Virus genome (UHGV): UHGV-1456322
Length of the DNA: 43,927 nt
Source of the DNA: a virus
Reading direction: 5' to 3' (one strand)
This document shows positions 8,940 through 18,132 of the stretch, piece after piece. The notes under the pieces are model-generated. The model saw only the letters and a program-made list of their open reading frames with translations. It did no database searches and was not told the origin of the DNA. Made by a program: the position numbers and the translations under genes. Within the stretch, counting starts at the first letter, position 1, and each line of letters opens with the position of its first letter.

Positions 8940-9864
8940 TGTCTGGGTGCTCCTGTATCCACTGTATGTGCTGTTTATGGTACTCGTGCAGAGAATGCAC
9001 CCAGTCACGCAGACTGGGAGTAGTCAACAGTGACATCAGATACAGGTACGCTGAATCTGATTGGGAGCGCCTCAGCCACAGGCATTCTGCCTCTGCGAGT
9101 ACGTCTTGGTTGTTTCGAGCATAGGCCGCTACAACGAATTCTGCGGCGTCCTGCTCTGAGGTAATAGGGTTGATAGCATCAAAGGCCGTTCGCTTCCCAC
9201 AGAGCTTTCCATCAAGCAATGTGATGCCTTTGACGTTATCTGCGTCATCTCCTGCTAGCATTTGCCACCAGAAGAACTTAGTGCCATGCGCTCGTACCGG
9301 CATAGCCTGGGTATCATCCCACTTAATCCAGCCGAATGGGTTATCCAAGGCAGGCCACACGGTTCCGGTAGGGATATCGAACCGAGCCATAGGGCTGAGC
9401 CAAGAATCCTTGTCCTGTGACATCAGGATTCCCCGGCCCCCGAAGCTGTACGAATCCATTACAAATAGGTCGTCGGCCTCAAAGTAGTCACTGCTTACCA
9501 CTTGTATGCCATGCTCAGAATACTGGTCCGGGTTCTCAATCAGGTGCCGCTTCAACGGTGCCTTGAGTGGCAGCTCCTGACGCTTATTGCGGTTCCCTTG
9601 GTACGGCTTAGCCGTAGGCAGGTGCCAGCGCAGGCACTTAGCACACCCCGTAGGCGTCAGATACGCCACTGCTTCTGAGCAGCCGACCAGGAACATGTCC
9701 TCAAGCACCAGCTGATAGAAGCGGCGTATCGCGGTATCCAAACGTTTCACTGTAGCAGCAGATTTATAAACTGTGAAATCCGCGTCGTACAGCAGAATCT
9801 TCCCAGAGTTCTGCGGAGCTAACTGCTCCCCGAGCTGGGACAAGTCAACCCCGTTGATAATCAT
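8896..9864 (-). CDS. 5-prime to 3-prime exonuclease (T7 gp6-like, FEN family)
   Basis: 322 aa; acidic metal-binding motifs YFEADD and AGDDADN typical of FEN/5-3 exonucleases. Confidence 0.85.
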   Translation of the reverse strand: MIINGVDLSQLGEQLAPQNSGKILLYDADFTVYKSAATVKRLDTAIRRFYQLVLEDMFLVGCSEAVAYLTPTGCAKCLRWHLPTAKPYQGNRNKRQELPLKAPLKRHLIENPDQYSEHGIQVVSSDYFEADDLFVMDSYSFGGRGILMSQDKDSWLSPMARFDIPTGTVWPALDNPFGWIKWDDTQAMPVRAHGTKFFWWQMLAGDDADNVKGITLLDGKLCGKRTAFDAINPITSEQDAAEFVVAAYARNNQDVLAEAECLWLRRSQSDSAYLYLMSLLTTPSLRDWVHSLHEYHKQHIQWIQEHPDNGEDVCEGDEPAGD

Positions 9865-9866
9865 CA

Positions 9867-10025
9867 GACCCCCGTAACCTTCTTGGTCAACTTACGCGCC
9901 CAGGATTCCCAGGCGGTCAGCGCCTGACTGTTTTCTACCTTCTCAAATGCCCAGCACAGGATAGCTACAAGCACTAGCGGGGCTACTAACAGGAAGTAAA
10001 ATGATTTTGCAAAGAAGTTACGCAT
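9867..10025 (-). CDS. small membrane protein (52 aa), below ORF-track cutoff
   Basis: Hand-translated: MRNFFAKSFYFLLVAPLVLVAILCWAFEKVENSQALTAWESWARKLTKKVTGV; one TM helix; stop overlaps exonuclease ATG (ATGA-type coupling). Confidence 0.4.
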
Positions 10026-10028
10026 TCT

Positions 10029-10190
10029 CTACACCTTTAAGTGGTCAGTAAAAGCATGGATTGCACGGCCCAGCATAGCCACGCCCTTAGAGCCTCCGGC
10101 TACACTGAGCGCCAGCGCCATTAGCATCAAGCTGATTGCAAGTAGTACCAGTGCTGGGACTGAAATTATGTAGGATATAAATTTACGCAT
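10029..10190 (-). CDS. small membrane protein (53 aa), below ORF-track cutoff
   Basis: Hand-translated: MRKFISYIISVPALVLLAISLMLMALALSVAGGSKGVAMLGRAIHAFTDHLKV; ATG overlaps TAA of upstream gene (TAATG). Confidence 0.4.
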   Translation of the reverse strand: MRKFISYIISVPALVLLAISLMLMALALSVAGGSKGVAMLGRAIHAFTDHLKV

Positions 10191-10564
10191 TATATACCCT
10201 CCAGTTCAGATAGCACCAACACGGTGCCAAGCATGTCCCCGATTACTTCCGTGGTACGCAGGCTCTGGTCTACGTCGTAGATGCAGGAACCAATCTCCGC
10301 CAGCCCGATGCTTAGGGTACCCACAATGCGGATAAGCACTAGGTCATCACCCCGTAACTTATCGGCATGTGCCGCCAGGTCATTGTGCTCCTTGAAGGCG
10401 GTAGCAGCCAACTCCAGGTCCATGCCGTACAGGGCCGCCAGCTTGTCCAGAGCATCGTACACAGCGCCGAGCTGGTCACCGTTGTCGAAACCTTGAACGG
10501 CGCTACAGTTCACGTAACCTACAGCCAGAACCAGTTTCTTGTATGCGTCTAGTACTTTGTCCAT
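10190..10564 (-). CDS. hypothetical protein (124 aa)
   Basis: Minus ORF in tightly packed gene chain; no motif recognised. Confidence 0.5.
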   Translation of the reverse strand: MDKVLDAYKKLVLAVGYVNCSAVQGFDNGDQLGAVYDALDKLAALYGMDLELAATAFKEHNDLAAHADKLRGDDLVLIRIVGTLSIGLAEIGSCIYDVDQSLRTTEVIGDMLGTVLVLSELEGI

Positions 10565-10842
10565 TAGTCAAATCCTTTCAATTTGTGTTTTGAAATGAAA
10601 TTGTGGGCTTTGGTCTCAGTGGCCGTAGCCTCTGCACCCAGGGCGTATGCACGGCGTCGGGACTTGGCGCACTGGCGAGTCAAGTGATAGCGGTGTGCGC
10701 TAATCTCGGCACCCAGAAGGCTTGCCCTGTGTGCGTGAGAATTAGCTGCCCAGTGCCAGTCGTTTGCTCGCTTCTGCAAACGCTGTGCACGCAGAAGCAG
10801 AAACACAGCGTACTGTTCTTTGGCCCATGTGATTATGCGCAT
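10564..10842 (-). CDS. hypothetical protein (92 aa), basic
   Basis: GGAGG RBS 6 nt upstream of ATG; stop of upstream gene abuts start. Confidence 0.5.
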   Translation of the reverse strand: MRIITWAKEQYAVFLLLRAQRLQKRANDWHWAANSHAHRASLLGAEISAHRYHLTRQCAKSRRRAYALGAEATATETKAHNFISKHKLKGFD

Positions 10843-11097
10843 TTATACCTCCAGGAAGTTAGCTACCTCACCACGCTTAGCGCGCAGGTTATCAGCATGG
10901 CAAGCGCACGCCTCGGCTAACTCTTTGCTATGCTTGGATGCCTCTACGCGCGCCTCGGATTGAGCGGCCAGACGCACTGCGTCGTCTGCGAATTTAACTG
11001 ACAACTGCTCGTTAAACTGCGCTTTGGCATCGGCGCGTTTAGCTTCTGCTGTGTAGGCCGCGCTCAGGAGTTTGATGAGAATCTTGATGATGTTCAT
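10843..11097 (-). CDS. hypothetical protein (84 aa)
   Basis: AGAGGAAG RBS; preceded by GC-rich palindrome GGCCCCTAGGAGGGGCC (11111-11127). Confidence 0.5.
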   Translation of the reverse strand: MNIIKILIKLLSAAYTAEAKRADAKAQFNEQLSVKFADDAVRLAAQSEARVEASKHSKELAEACACHADNLRAKRGEVANFLEV

Positions 11098-11150
11098 AGG
11101 CTTCCTCTAAGGCCCCTAGGAGGGGCCGTATTAGTTTAGGTTAGGGTTGA

Positions 11151-11939
11151 TTAGGCTTGAGGTGCGGCGGGTGCTGCTGGCGCCACAGGGGCTGCAGGGG
11201 CCACTGGTGCAGCCGGGGCTGCGGGTGCCTGCATAGCTGCCGGACTAGGAACCGAGCCAGCGTTCAGCAGAATATCCAGAGCACTGCCAGGGAAGTCTAC
11301 AGCCTTGTACATATCCTCCTGAATCCAGTTCTTGCTCTTACCATCGTCGAAGGTGCCTTCGATGTGCAGGCTATCCCAGGTCTCTTTGGTTGGGTTGTTC
11401 CACAGGAACAGCTTAATCTCAGAGGCATCCATGGCAGGCATCTTGATAGGCTCGCCAGTGTTCGGGTCGAATTTCGGAATCGGGCGGATACCGGACAGGT
11501 CCACGATGTTGGACTTCTTGCCCGCGGCGCTGGTGTGCTCATCAATCGGGAAGGTGAAGGCCTGGCCCAGACGCTGTGCTGCATGCTTGATGCTATTGTC
11601 GTAGTTGAGCTTGTCGAAGAACTTCTTGAAGCCTGCGCGCTCAAAGTTACTGATAGCCATCGGGAACGGGCGGATACGCTTCACTTCGCCGTTAGGACCG
11701 AACACTACAATGCCGATGCGTACGTTAGCTACTGCGGGCTTACCGGTCGGCTTGCCACCCTTAGTCGGCAGGCGCTTACCGATTTCTACGTACTCGGTGA
11801 AGTAGCCGTAGTATTCACCCTTCGGCAGCAGCGCGTCCTCATACGCACCGCCCTGTGCGGTTTCAGTCATATCAACATCCTGCGTTTCAATAGCAGCCGC
11901 TACCAGGGAGTTCAGGGTGTCCAGTGCATTCATCGTCAT
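11151..11939 (-). CDS. hypothetical protein (262 aa) with C-terminal Pro/Ala repeat tail
   Basis: GAGGAAG RBS; C-terminus APAAPAAPVAPAAPVAPAAPAAPQA low-complexity repeat. Confidence 0.55.
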   Translation of the reverse strand: MTMNALDTLNSLVAAAIETQDVDMTETAQGGAYEDALLPKGEYYGYFTEYVEIGKRLPTKGGKPTGKPAVANVRIGIVVFGPNGEVKRIRPFPMAISNFERAGFKKFFDKLNYDNSIKHAAQRLGQAFTFPIDEHTSAAGKKSNIVDLSGIRPIPKFDPNTGEPIKMPAMDASEIKLFLWNNPTKETWDSLHIEGTFDDGKSKNWIQEDMYKAVDFPGSALDILLNAGSVPSPAAMQAPAAPAAPVAPAAPVAPAAPAAPQA

Positions 11940-11990
11940 ATAATTACTTCCTCGTTTAGTTTGAATGATATTTACGTGCAGATGCGGGGC

Positions 11991-12161
11991 TTAGCGGGAG
12001 GCAGCTTTGAGGGCCACCGCCAAGAACACTAGGATTACGCCGAGTGCCATAGGCCCCCAGAACGGGAGCAGCACCCACAACCAGGACCAGGCGATAACGC
12101 CAGTCAGTTTCAAGGTTACAAAGATAAGGCCCAGTACAGAACAGATTCCCATTTTCATCAT
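11991..12161 (-). CDS. small membrane protein (~56 aa, two predicted TM helices)
   Basis: Track ORF 11991..12209 trimmed to ATG with GAGGTG RBS; hydrophobic throughout. Confidence 0.4.
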   Translation of the reverse strand: MMKMGICSVLGLIFVTLKLTGVIAWSWLWVLLPFWGPMALGVILVFLAVALKAASR

Positions 12162-12171
12162 CACCTCTGTG

Positions 12172-13152
12172 TTATTTAGTACGACCAACCCAACGACCAT
12201 CGTCGTCAAGCAGCATCGGAATTAACTGCGGGCAACCCTCGGTGATTACCAGCACACCCAGGATTGGTTTCTTGCGGGTGAGTCTGCCGTAAGCAAAGGC
12301 CATGCTCTTACGGTCAATCAGACACCCAGCATACGCACCAAAGTACAAAGCTGTTGAGCTAGCTGCATATTGCACCTCAAAGCGACCATGTTCGTGACCA
12401 AGGACAAGGCTGGTTCTTTCGTGGCTAGCGTTGAGCATGAAGTCACCCGACACTTGATGCTGGAATCTAACCGGGCCAAGTGGGGTATTGAGTACCCACG
12501 CGTCAGCCCAAGACCACGCCGGGGCACCATGTTCAGGGAAAAGTATATCTCGGTACTTCTTGATGAATTGCACTGGTAGCCCGTGAGCTTTCGCCCTGCG
12601 GTAAACCAGACTGCCGTGATTGGAATCGCAAACCAATAGGTTCGGGAACAGTTCATGTAGCTCCTCCAGTACGAGCTTAGCTTTCTCCAGCTCCACCCCG
12701 GCGCTATCCAGGTTCGGGTTACTTTCGTGGAATGATATAGCGTGGCCGTCCGTCTCGTCGCCTACCTGTACAACCATGTCCGGACAGTAGGCGTCTCGCA
12801 CAGATTCTAAGAAGGCCATAGCATCTACGTGCGTATAGGGGGCATGCAAATCCCCAACTACGAGAATACGGTGGCACACTTCCGGCACGAAGGTTTTGCC
12901 GATGTCATCAGTGGGACTGGGCTGTATGAGCTTTAGTGCCTCCTTCATGTGTGATATTGCCTTGCCCTTGCTCCCAGCGTGGTCTAGGAATATGCTGCGC
13001 CAGTACTTCACCATCTGTCGATACACCACCGGCTCGTCCAGTCCCGCCAGCTTATTATAGGCGGCAGCAGCATCCACGTTAGAGCTGTGCTTGCTCAAGA
13101 TATCTACGTGTTGCTCTTTGGTGAATAGCTTTATTGTGTTTAACTTAGGCAT
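12172..13152 (-). CDS. calcineurin-like metallophosphoesterase
   Basis: 326 aa; motifs VVGDLHAPY (D-x-H), VGDETDGH (GDxxD), DSNHGS, GHEH consistent with metallophosphatase fold. Confidence 0.75.
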   Translation of the reverse strand: MPKLNTIKLFTKEQHVDILSKHSSNVDAAAAYNKLAGLDEPVVYRQMVKYWRSIFLDHAGSKGKAISHMKEALKLIQPSPTDDIGKTFVPEVCHRILVVGDLHAPYTHVDAMAFLESVRDAYCPDMVVQVGDETDGHAISFHESNPNLDSAGVELEKAKLVLEELHELFPNLLVCDSNHGSLVYRRAKAHGLPVQFIKKYRDILFPEHGAPAWSWADAWVLNTPLGPVRFQHQVSGDFMLNASHERTSLVLGHEHGRFEVQYAASSTALYFGAYAGCLIDRKSMAFAYGRLTRKKPILGVLVITEGCPQLIPMLLDDDGRWVGRTK

Positions 13153-13579
13153 TCCAGCTCCTGTTACTTATTACGTCACTAATTACATGTACACCTACAC
13201 CGTACTTATTAGCAAAGTGTTGCCGCATACCTTTCTTGTATGGGATATAGTTATCCCTGATATCCTGCACAGCATCCCAAGTTAACTGCGCTTTTGGGTT
13301 CCTATCCCCACGCACATCTGGGTTCCTTCCGCGCTCTGCGCGGTCCCGCATATTATCCATATGCGTTCCCAATACTAAGTGCTTAGGGTTAATGCACCTG
13401 GGGTTATCGCAGGTATGTCTAACAGACAGGCCAGCCAGCGCCCTTATATCCAGCCCGTTATGCTCAGCACACACCACCCGATGCAGCAGCTCCAATCGCC
13501 TGGTCGGCTTATACCATGCCCGGCGGTATCCGTTCTTGTTAAGGCATTTGTTATACCCGTGGTCAATACACATCGACAT
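13145..13579 (-). CDS. HNH endonuclease (paralog 2)
   Basis: 144 aa; CIDHG ... HTCDNPRCINPKHL motif. Confidence 0.85.
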   Translation of the reverse strand: MSMCIDHGYNKCLNKNGYRRAWYKPTRRLELLHRVVCAEHNGLDIRALAGLSVRHTCDNPRCINPKHLVLGTHMDNMRDRAERGRNPDVRGDRNPKAQLTWDAVQDIRDNYIPYKKGMRQHFANKYGVGVHVISDVISNRSWNA

Positions 13580-13597
13580 TCGGTATCCTCTTGTGTT

Positions 13598-13618
13598 GTT
13601 CCTACTCGTATCACATTA
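13598..13618 (-). promoter_or_regulatory. degenerate copy of candidate phage promoter motif (TAATGTGATACGAGTAGGA)
   Basis: 16/19 ungapped identity to the motif at 4842-4860; lies about 20 nt upstream of HNH gene start in AT-rich intergenic region. Confidence 0.3.
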
Positions 13619-13621
13619 ATT

Positions 13622-13684
13622 CTCTGTGAATCACAGAATCAAGCTAGAGTCAACAAATAATTTTATTTAATTATTTAGTTGACC
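13622..13684. promoter_or_regulatory. AT-rich intergenic region with two palindromes (TCTGTGAATCACAGA; GTCAACAAATAATT...AATTATTTAGTTGAC)
   Basis: Perfect 7-1-7 inverted repeat at 13623-13637 and ~35-bp imperfect palindrome at 13649-13683 in a 161-bp non-coding gap after the DNA polymerase module. Confidence 0.4.
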
Positions 13685-13740
13685 CCAGTGTATTTCCATG
13701 CTACCCTAACCCCCTACACCACCCAAGGGTCCACCTATCA

Positions 13741-13962
13741 CTATTCCACGATAAGCTTGTACTCCCCCGGGAAGAAGGTAACACCATCCCCCGGTCTACT
13801 TACTACTAGTCCAGGATAACTTAGTTCTATCTCCCCAGTAACCGGGTCGAAGAACATAACCGTGTGCCTCGTACCCGGGGCGAAGTATGCTGCATACCGC
13901 GGGTCTATCGGCTCAGGCCCCAGGTCCATCAACTCCACAACACTGCCAGACTTTATACTCAT
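13741..13962 (-). CDS. hypothetical protein (73 aa)
   Basis: Start overlaps DNA polymerase stop (ATGA). Confidence 0.45.
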   Translation of the reverse strand: MSIKSGSVVELMDLGPEPIDPRYAAYFAPGTRHTVMFFDPVTGEIELSYPGLVVSRPGDGVTFFPGEYKLIVE

Positions 13963-16373
13963 TCTACCTTCTCCTTACTGTACATACTCGTACCCATCTC
14001 AGCCTCTGCTGGGAACGGGACCTCACCAATGATGCCGTAGTTAGGCCAGAGCTGGTGAATACGCTTAGGTGCATCCTCCATGCACTGCTTAACCAGCAGG
14101 CTCGCCTCACGTCCAACCTCCGGGTTGGCGCTGTCCAGATACAACGCATCGTGCACGTTCGTAATCAGGCACACCTGATTGTCGAACCAGTCACGGGCCA
14201 GGAGTGCACGCAGAACCATACCGGCAGCTACCGCCATCAGGAAGAATGCTTCCCCCTGGCACCAGTAGTTAGCCATCTCTGTTTCCTTGTAGTCCATTAC
14301 CTTCTGCTTACGCTGCCCAGGCACAACCTCTTTCCACTGCTCCTTCTGGCGGAAGCTATAGCGGGCACCTGCTGGGCTAGTCCACGTCCCGATGCGGTAG
14401 ACTCGGTAGCTGCCATCGTCAGCCTGCTCGCGGTACATGCGCCCGGCTGCCCCGGTGCGCTCTACTTCTTCCTTGATAACAGCGCGGAAGCCAATTGTTT
14501 GCGGGAACAGCGCAGCCTCGTTGTCCAAGAAAGCCTGTGCGAATTCCACCGTACATCCAGTAGCAAACGCAATCCCCTTAGCCGTAGCGCCATACTGGGC
14601 TGCGAAGCTAGGAGCCTTAATACCTGTACGCATTGCCTTCCAAAGCGGATGCAGCTCGTGCTTCTTGTTGTGGCAGCGCTCATACACTTCTTCATACGGC
14701 AGTTCCTCGCGGAAAGCTAGGCGGTAACAGTGCATATCCGTGCCGCCCTGCAGCAGCCCCAGTAGTTTGGTGTCCCCCGTATGCACACAGGACATAACCA
14801 CTTCCAGCGCCGAGTAGTCAACCTCAGTGATGCGTCCGTTATCCCCGAATCGGCTGGTGAATACCTGCTTCACCTTGGATTTAGCTACCCCATCCCCGTC
14901 TTCATCCGGTCGGGGTAGGTTCTGCAGGTTCGGGTTAGAGCTACTCAGGCGCCCGGTTACGGTGGCGCATGTATTCAGTCGGTGGTGTATGATGCCAGAA
15001 CCATCAGGACGCTCAGGGATTACGTACTGTAACATACCCTTCCGCTCTTTGACTTTACCCTCTGCGTCCAGAACTTCACGCAAGTAGTAAGTTCCAGTGT
15101 CCTTCTCCAGCGCCGCCAGCTCATTCACCAACTTACAGAACTCGAACCCTTGGCGGGCTAGCGCCTCCATTGCGTCAGTGCTGGTGCTGTATACTGGCGT
15201 ACCGTCCTGCATGGTGCGCGCCTGTCGGAACTCTCCACGCTCTGCATACTTCTCCCGGATAACTTCCGGCAGCTCCTGTATGTTCACTAGGCCCGGGCAG
15301 AAGTAAAGGTCATCTTCCCACCTTAGCTTCTCCTCCTCGGTGTCTAGGCGGAATACTTTGGGTAGCCCCTTGTTCTTACCCGCACGATATGTCACTACAC
15401 GCCACCATCCGCCTTCCGTTTGAAGTTCTTGCATGTGCGTGTCGTGTACAGGTATATAGGTGTGCGCACCCTCTCCGTCCTCGTACTTATAGAAGTCGGC
15501 CTTGACGTACTGCGGCGGGTCATATGGCACCTTCTTGCGGTACTTGATAGGCCCGCCGTACACCAGTGCTGACATATGGAAGTCCGACCCGAAGTTGAAA
15601 TCTAGCGTCTCTGGTAAGTCCTTCGGGATGTACTGCTGCAGTTCCTGCTTAATCTCACGGATGCGCTGCTCCTGCTCCTCCTGGTTCTTGCGTGCAATTG
15701 GCATATTAACGAACAGGCCGAACCATTCGCAGTACGCCCAAGCCAGCAAGGCATCCATACGCTCCCACACGTACTGCATCTGATTGCGCTGGGCGAACGT
15801 AGCGCACTGGCCGTAGAAGCACAGGGCCGTGTTCGGGATGTCCCCGTTAACCAGGTAGTCATGCAGCAGCATCGGGTCAATCTGGGAAGTTAGCACACCC
15901 TGCTCCCACAGAAGCTTAACCCCGTCTACTTTGTGCGTACCACCGTACTTAGGAGCCGTCTCGTCCAGCGACGGATACATGCTCTGAAAGTCCGAGGCGA
16001 TGTATTCCCCATGCATTGTGCAGAACACCCTGCCGCCGCGCTTGAGGAAGGCCTCAAACTGCTGCCGCTGGTACGTGAGAAACCAAGAAATCTCATAGGC
16101 TGCGTTGTGCGCAACAATAAGCCAGCAATCCTCTGGGATATGAAACCACCGGCAGCCTTCTGCTGCACTGTTTCCCGCCAAGAAATCAGCTCTTGAATTG
16201 AAGCGCACCGATTGAGTCGCGCCAACAGTGGTAGTACCGTCAGCCTGTGTCGTGTCGATACGCCATGCGGACTCAACAACATAGTTGTCAGGGCAGTATG
16301 GGCTTGCTTTAGAGCCGTAATATTCATGGTTTTGAACCTCTAAATCTATGTGCATTATACTGGTTGTTGACAA
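13959..16373 (-). CDS. DNA polymerase (family A, T7 gp5-like) with 3-5 exonuclease domain
   Basis: 804 aa; N-terminal HIDLE exo motif; pol motifs TGRLSSSNPNLQNLP, KAPSFAAQYG, VHDAL. Confidence 0.95.
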   Translation of the reverse strand: MSTTSIMHIDLEVQNHEYYGSKASPYCPDNYVVESAWRIDTTQADGTTTVGATQSVRFNSRADFLAGNSAAEGCRWFHIPEDCWLIVAHNAAYEISWFLTYQRQQFEAFLKRGGRVFCTMHGEYIASDFQSMYPSLDETAPKYGGTHKVDGVKLLWEQGVLTSQIDPMLLHDYLVNGDIPNTALCFYGQCATFAQRNQMQYVWERMDALLAWAYCEWFGLFVNMPIARKNQEEQEQRIREIKQELQQYIPKDLPETLDFNFGSDFHMSALVYGGPIKYRKKVPYDPPQYVKADFYKYEDGEGAHTYIPVHDTHMQELQTEGGWWRVVTYRAGKNKGLPKVFRLDTEEEKLRWEDDLYFCPGLVNIQELPEVIREKYAERGEFRQARTMQDGTPVYSTSTDAMEALARQGFEFCKLVNELAALEKDTGTYYLREVLDAEGKVKERKGMLQYVIPERPDGSGIIHHRLNTCATVTGRLSSSNPNLQNLPRPDEDGDGVAKSKVKQVFTSRFGDNGRITEVDYSALEVVMSCVHTGDTKLLGLLQGGTDMHCYRLAFREELPYEEVYERCHNKKHELHPLWKAMRTGIKAPSFAAQYGATAKGIAFATGCTVEFAQAFLDNEAALFPQTIGFRAVIKEEVERTGAAGRMYREQADDGSYRVYRIGTWTSPAGARYSFRQKEQWKEVVPGQRKQKVMDYKETEMANYWCQGEAFFLMAVAAGMVLRALLARDWFDNQVCLITNVHDALYLDSANPEVGREASLLVKQCMEDAPKRIHQLWPNYGIIGEVPFPAEAEMGTSMYSKEKVE

Positions 16374-16795
16374 GGGTACTCTCCTCTTAGCACTTTGTAT
16401 ATGACGTTAGTGTCTACGCCGTACTCGCGGGCCAGATGGGTAACGCCATAAATCCTCGGCGTATGCTTGGCACAGATATCTTCACAGTCTTTAGGAGTTA
16501 GGCGTTGGCGGCTAGGCACCCGCTTAGCACTACGGCCGCGCTCTGCTCGGTCCTTGTTGTTATCTGCTAGGGTTCCAGGTATTAGGTGCTCTGGGTTGAT
16601 GCACCGTGGGTTGTCGCAAGTGTGCCTGACAACTACTCCATCTAGAGCTTTAAGCGGCACCCCTAACTTCTCCGCCAGCACCAGCCTGTGCAGGTGTACG
16701 CAACGACTGCGAACTCCGGGTTTAGCTACCAAGGCGTAGCCTTCTGGGGATAGGCTGCGCGAACGTCCGTGGTCGATACACTCACTCATTTCCAT
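16355..16795 (-). CDS. HNH endonuclease (paralog 3)
   Basis: 146 aa; CIDHG ... HTCDNPRCINPEHL; sits between helicase and DNA polymerase, 3-prime end overlaps polymerase start. Confidence 0.85.
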   Translation of the reverse strand: MEMSECIDHGRSRSLSPEGYALVAKPGVRSRCVHLHRLVLAEKLGVPLKALDGVVVRHTCDNPRCINPEHLIPGTLADNNKDRAERGRSAKRVPSRQRLTPKDCEDICAKHTPRIYGVTHLAREYGVDTNVIYKVLRGEYPCQQPV

Positions 16796-16851
16796 TTAGC
16801 CCTCCTATACCATGTACCTACATAGCGCCCTCAGAGAAGGCGCTAGGGAAG

Positions 16852-18132
16852 TCACCGGTTAATCTGGCCCTCGTCAAAGCGGCAACGACCCGGCTCGAAT
16901 CCCACCTCGAATTGCAGTAGCGACTCTTTACCAGACAGTGCCATCTTGTTCTTCGGAGTACTGATACCACGGACGTTTTGCATGTGCGGCTGCTCGTTTC
17001 TGTCCAAGCATCCCATCATAATAGCCAAGTCCAGGGCACCCTGTACGCCAATCTTGCTCTGCTTCATAGCGGTGAGCGGCGGGAACAGCATGTTGTAACC
17101 TTCGAGTGAAAGCTGCATAGTGCCTACAATAGCGCAGTCGTTCTCGCACCCAAGTATGCGCAGCTCCTGCCATTTCGCCTCGAGGTTCTGGTGCTCGGTC
17201 TCCATAGTGCCGCCACGGATGTTCGCCACCATGTCGATGATGATTACCGCAGGGCGCATCTCCTCCATGAGCGTGGATATCTGCGCCATCGTCAAGGAGT
17301 GCGCAGCCTTAACACGAATCCGGTCAGCCCTGCCTACTTTCTTGAGGTAGGCTGGCACGAACTCTTGCTTACTGTGCCTGTCCTTAATCTCTGCCAGAGT
17401 CCAGTGCAGCGCCGCTTGATATACCCTCGGCACCGTACGCGTCGCCGGACCCTCGTTAACCAGCCAGAGAATCGGGCGGCCCCCGTATACTTCCGGCTGC
17501 TGCTGCATCTGCTCAGCAAAGTCCACAGCAATAGCAGCAAGCAGGCTAGTTTTACCAGAGTCCACAGGGGCAGCCACTGCGATGCAGTCCCCGCCGCGTA
17601 GGCCCCGGATGTTGCTAGAGAGTTGCTCGAACACGCCCAGTTTAAGACCGCCGCTCTCGTCAGTCGCGGCAAGTATTTCGTCAACACTACCGCTCTCCCA
17701 TTCAAGCAGCGAATCATGCACCGCAGCGCCGTCACCGTACTTGCGCTGTAGGTGCTTCATTTCCAGCAGGTAATCAATCTCCTCACCGTCTTGGTAGCGC
17801 TGCGTCAGCGCTGCTACCTCCCCGCTGTAGGCCAGCTCATTCAGGGTCTGGACAATCCCCACCACAGAATCCTGCGGCACGGCTTGTACTCCCCGCATAA
17901 GCTCGTCCATGATTACCCGCTCTTCCCGGGATAGGTGCCCCGCCCGGAGGTTGAGCATGCTCTGCATCGCATCCCATCGCACCTCCTGGTGCTCCGGGTA
18001 CGTGTTCCAGTACAGCCCCACCCAGTCCAGAAGGTTCGACGTATCCGGCGCAAGCATCGACTTAGGAATCTGCTCTCGCAGTCGGTTCCAAACCTTCTGC
18101 GTGCACATTGCCTTAACAACTATTAGGTCCAA
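16852..18132 (-). CDS. DNA helicase (DnaB-like, T7 gp4 helicase-domain-like)
   Basis: 426 aa; Walker A AAPVDSGKTS; position after primase. Confidence 0.85.
   Translation of the reverse strand: MDLIVVKAMCTQKVWNRLREQIPKSMLAPDTSNLLDWVGLYWNTYPEHQEVRWDAMQSMLNLRAGHLSREERVIMDELMRGVQAVPQDSVVGIVQTLNELAYSGEVAALTQRYQDGEEIDYLLEMKHLQRKYGDGAAVHDSLLEWESGSVDEILAATDESGGLKLGVFEQLSSNIRGLRGGDCIAVAAPVDSGKTSLLAAIAVDFAEQMQQQPEVYGGRPILWLVNEGPATRTVPRVYQAALHWTLAEIKDRHSKQEFVPAYLKKVGRADRIRVKAAHSLTMAQISTLMEEMRPAVIIIDMVANIRGGTMETEHQNLEAKWQELRILGCENDCAIVGTMQLSLEGYNMLFPPLTAMKQSKIGVQGALDLAIMMGCLDRNEQPHMQNVRGISTPKNKMALSGKESLLQFEVGFEPGRCRFDEGQINR

Noticed and set aside
11157-12032. 291-aa plus-strand ORF
   Set aside because: Antisense to the 262-aa minus-strand gene and small membrane protein; Cys/Arg/Gly-rich composition typical of spurious frames.
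13887-14720. 277-aa plus-strand ORF
   Set aside because: Antisense inside the DNA polymerase gene, which has clear family A motifs.
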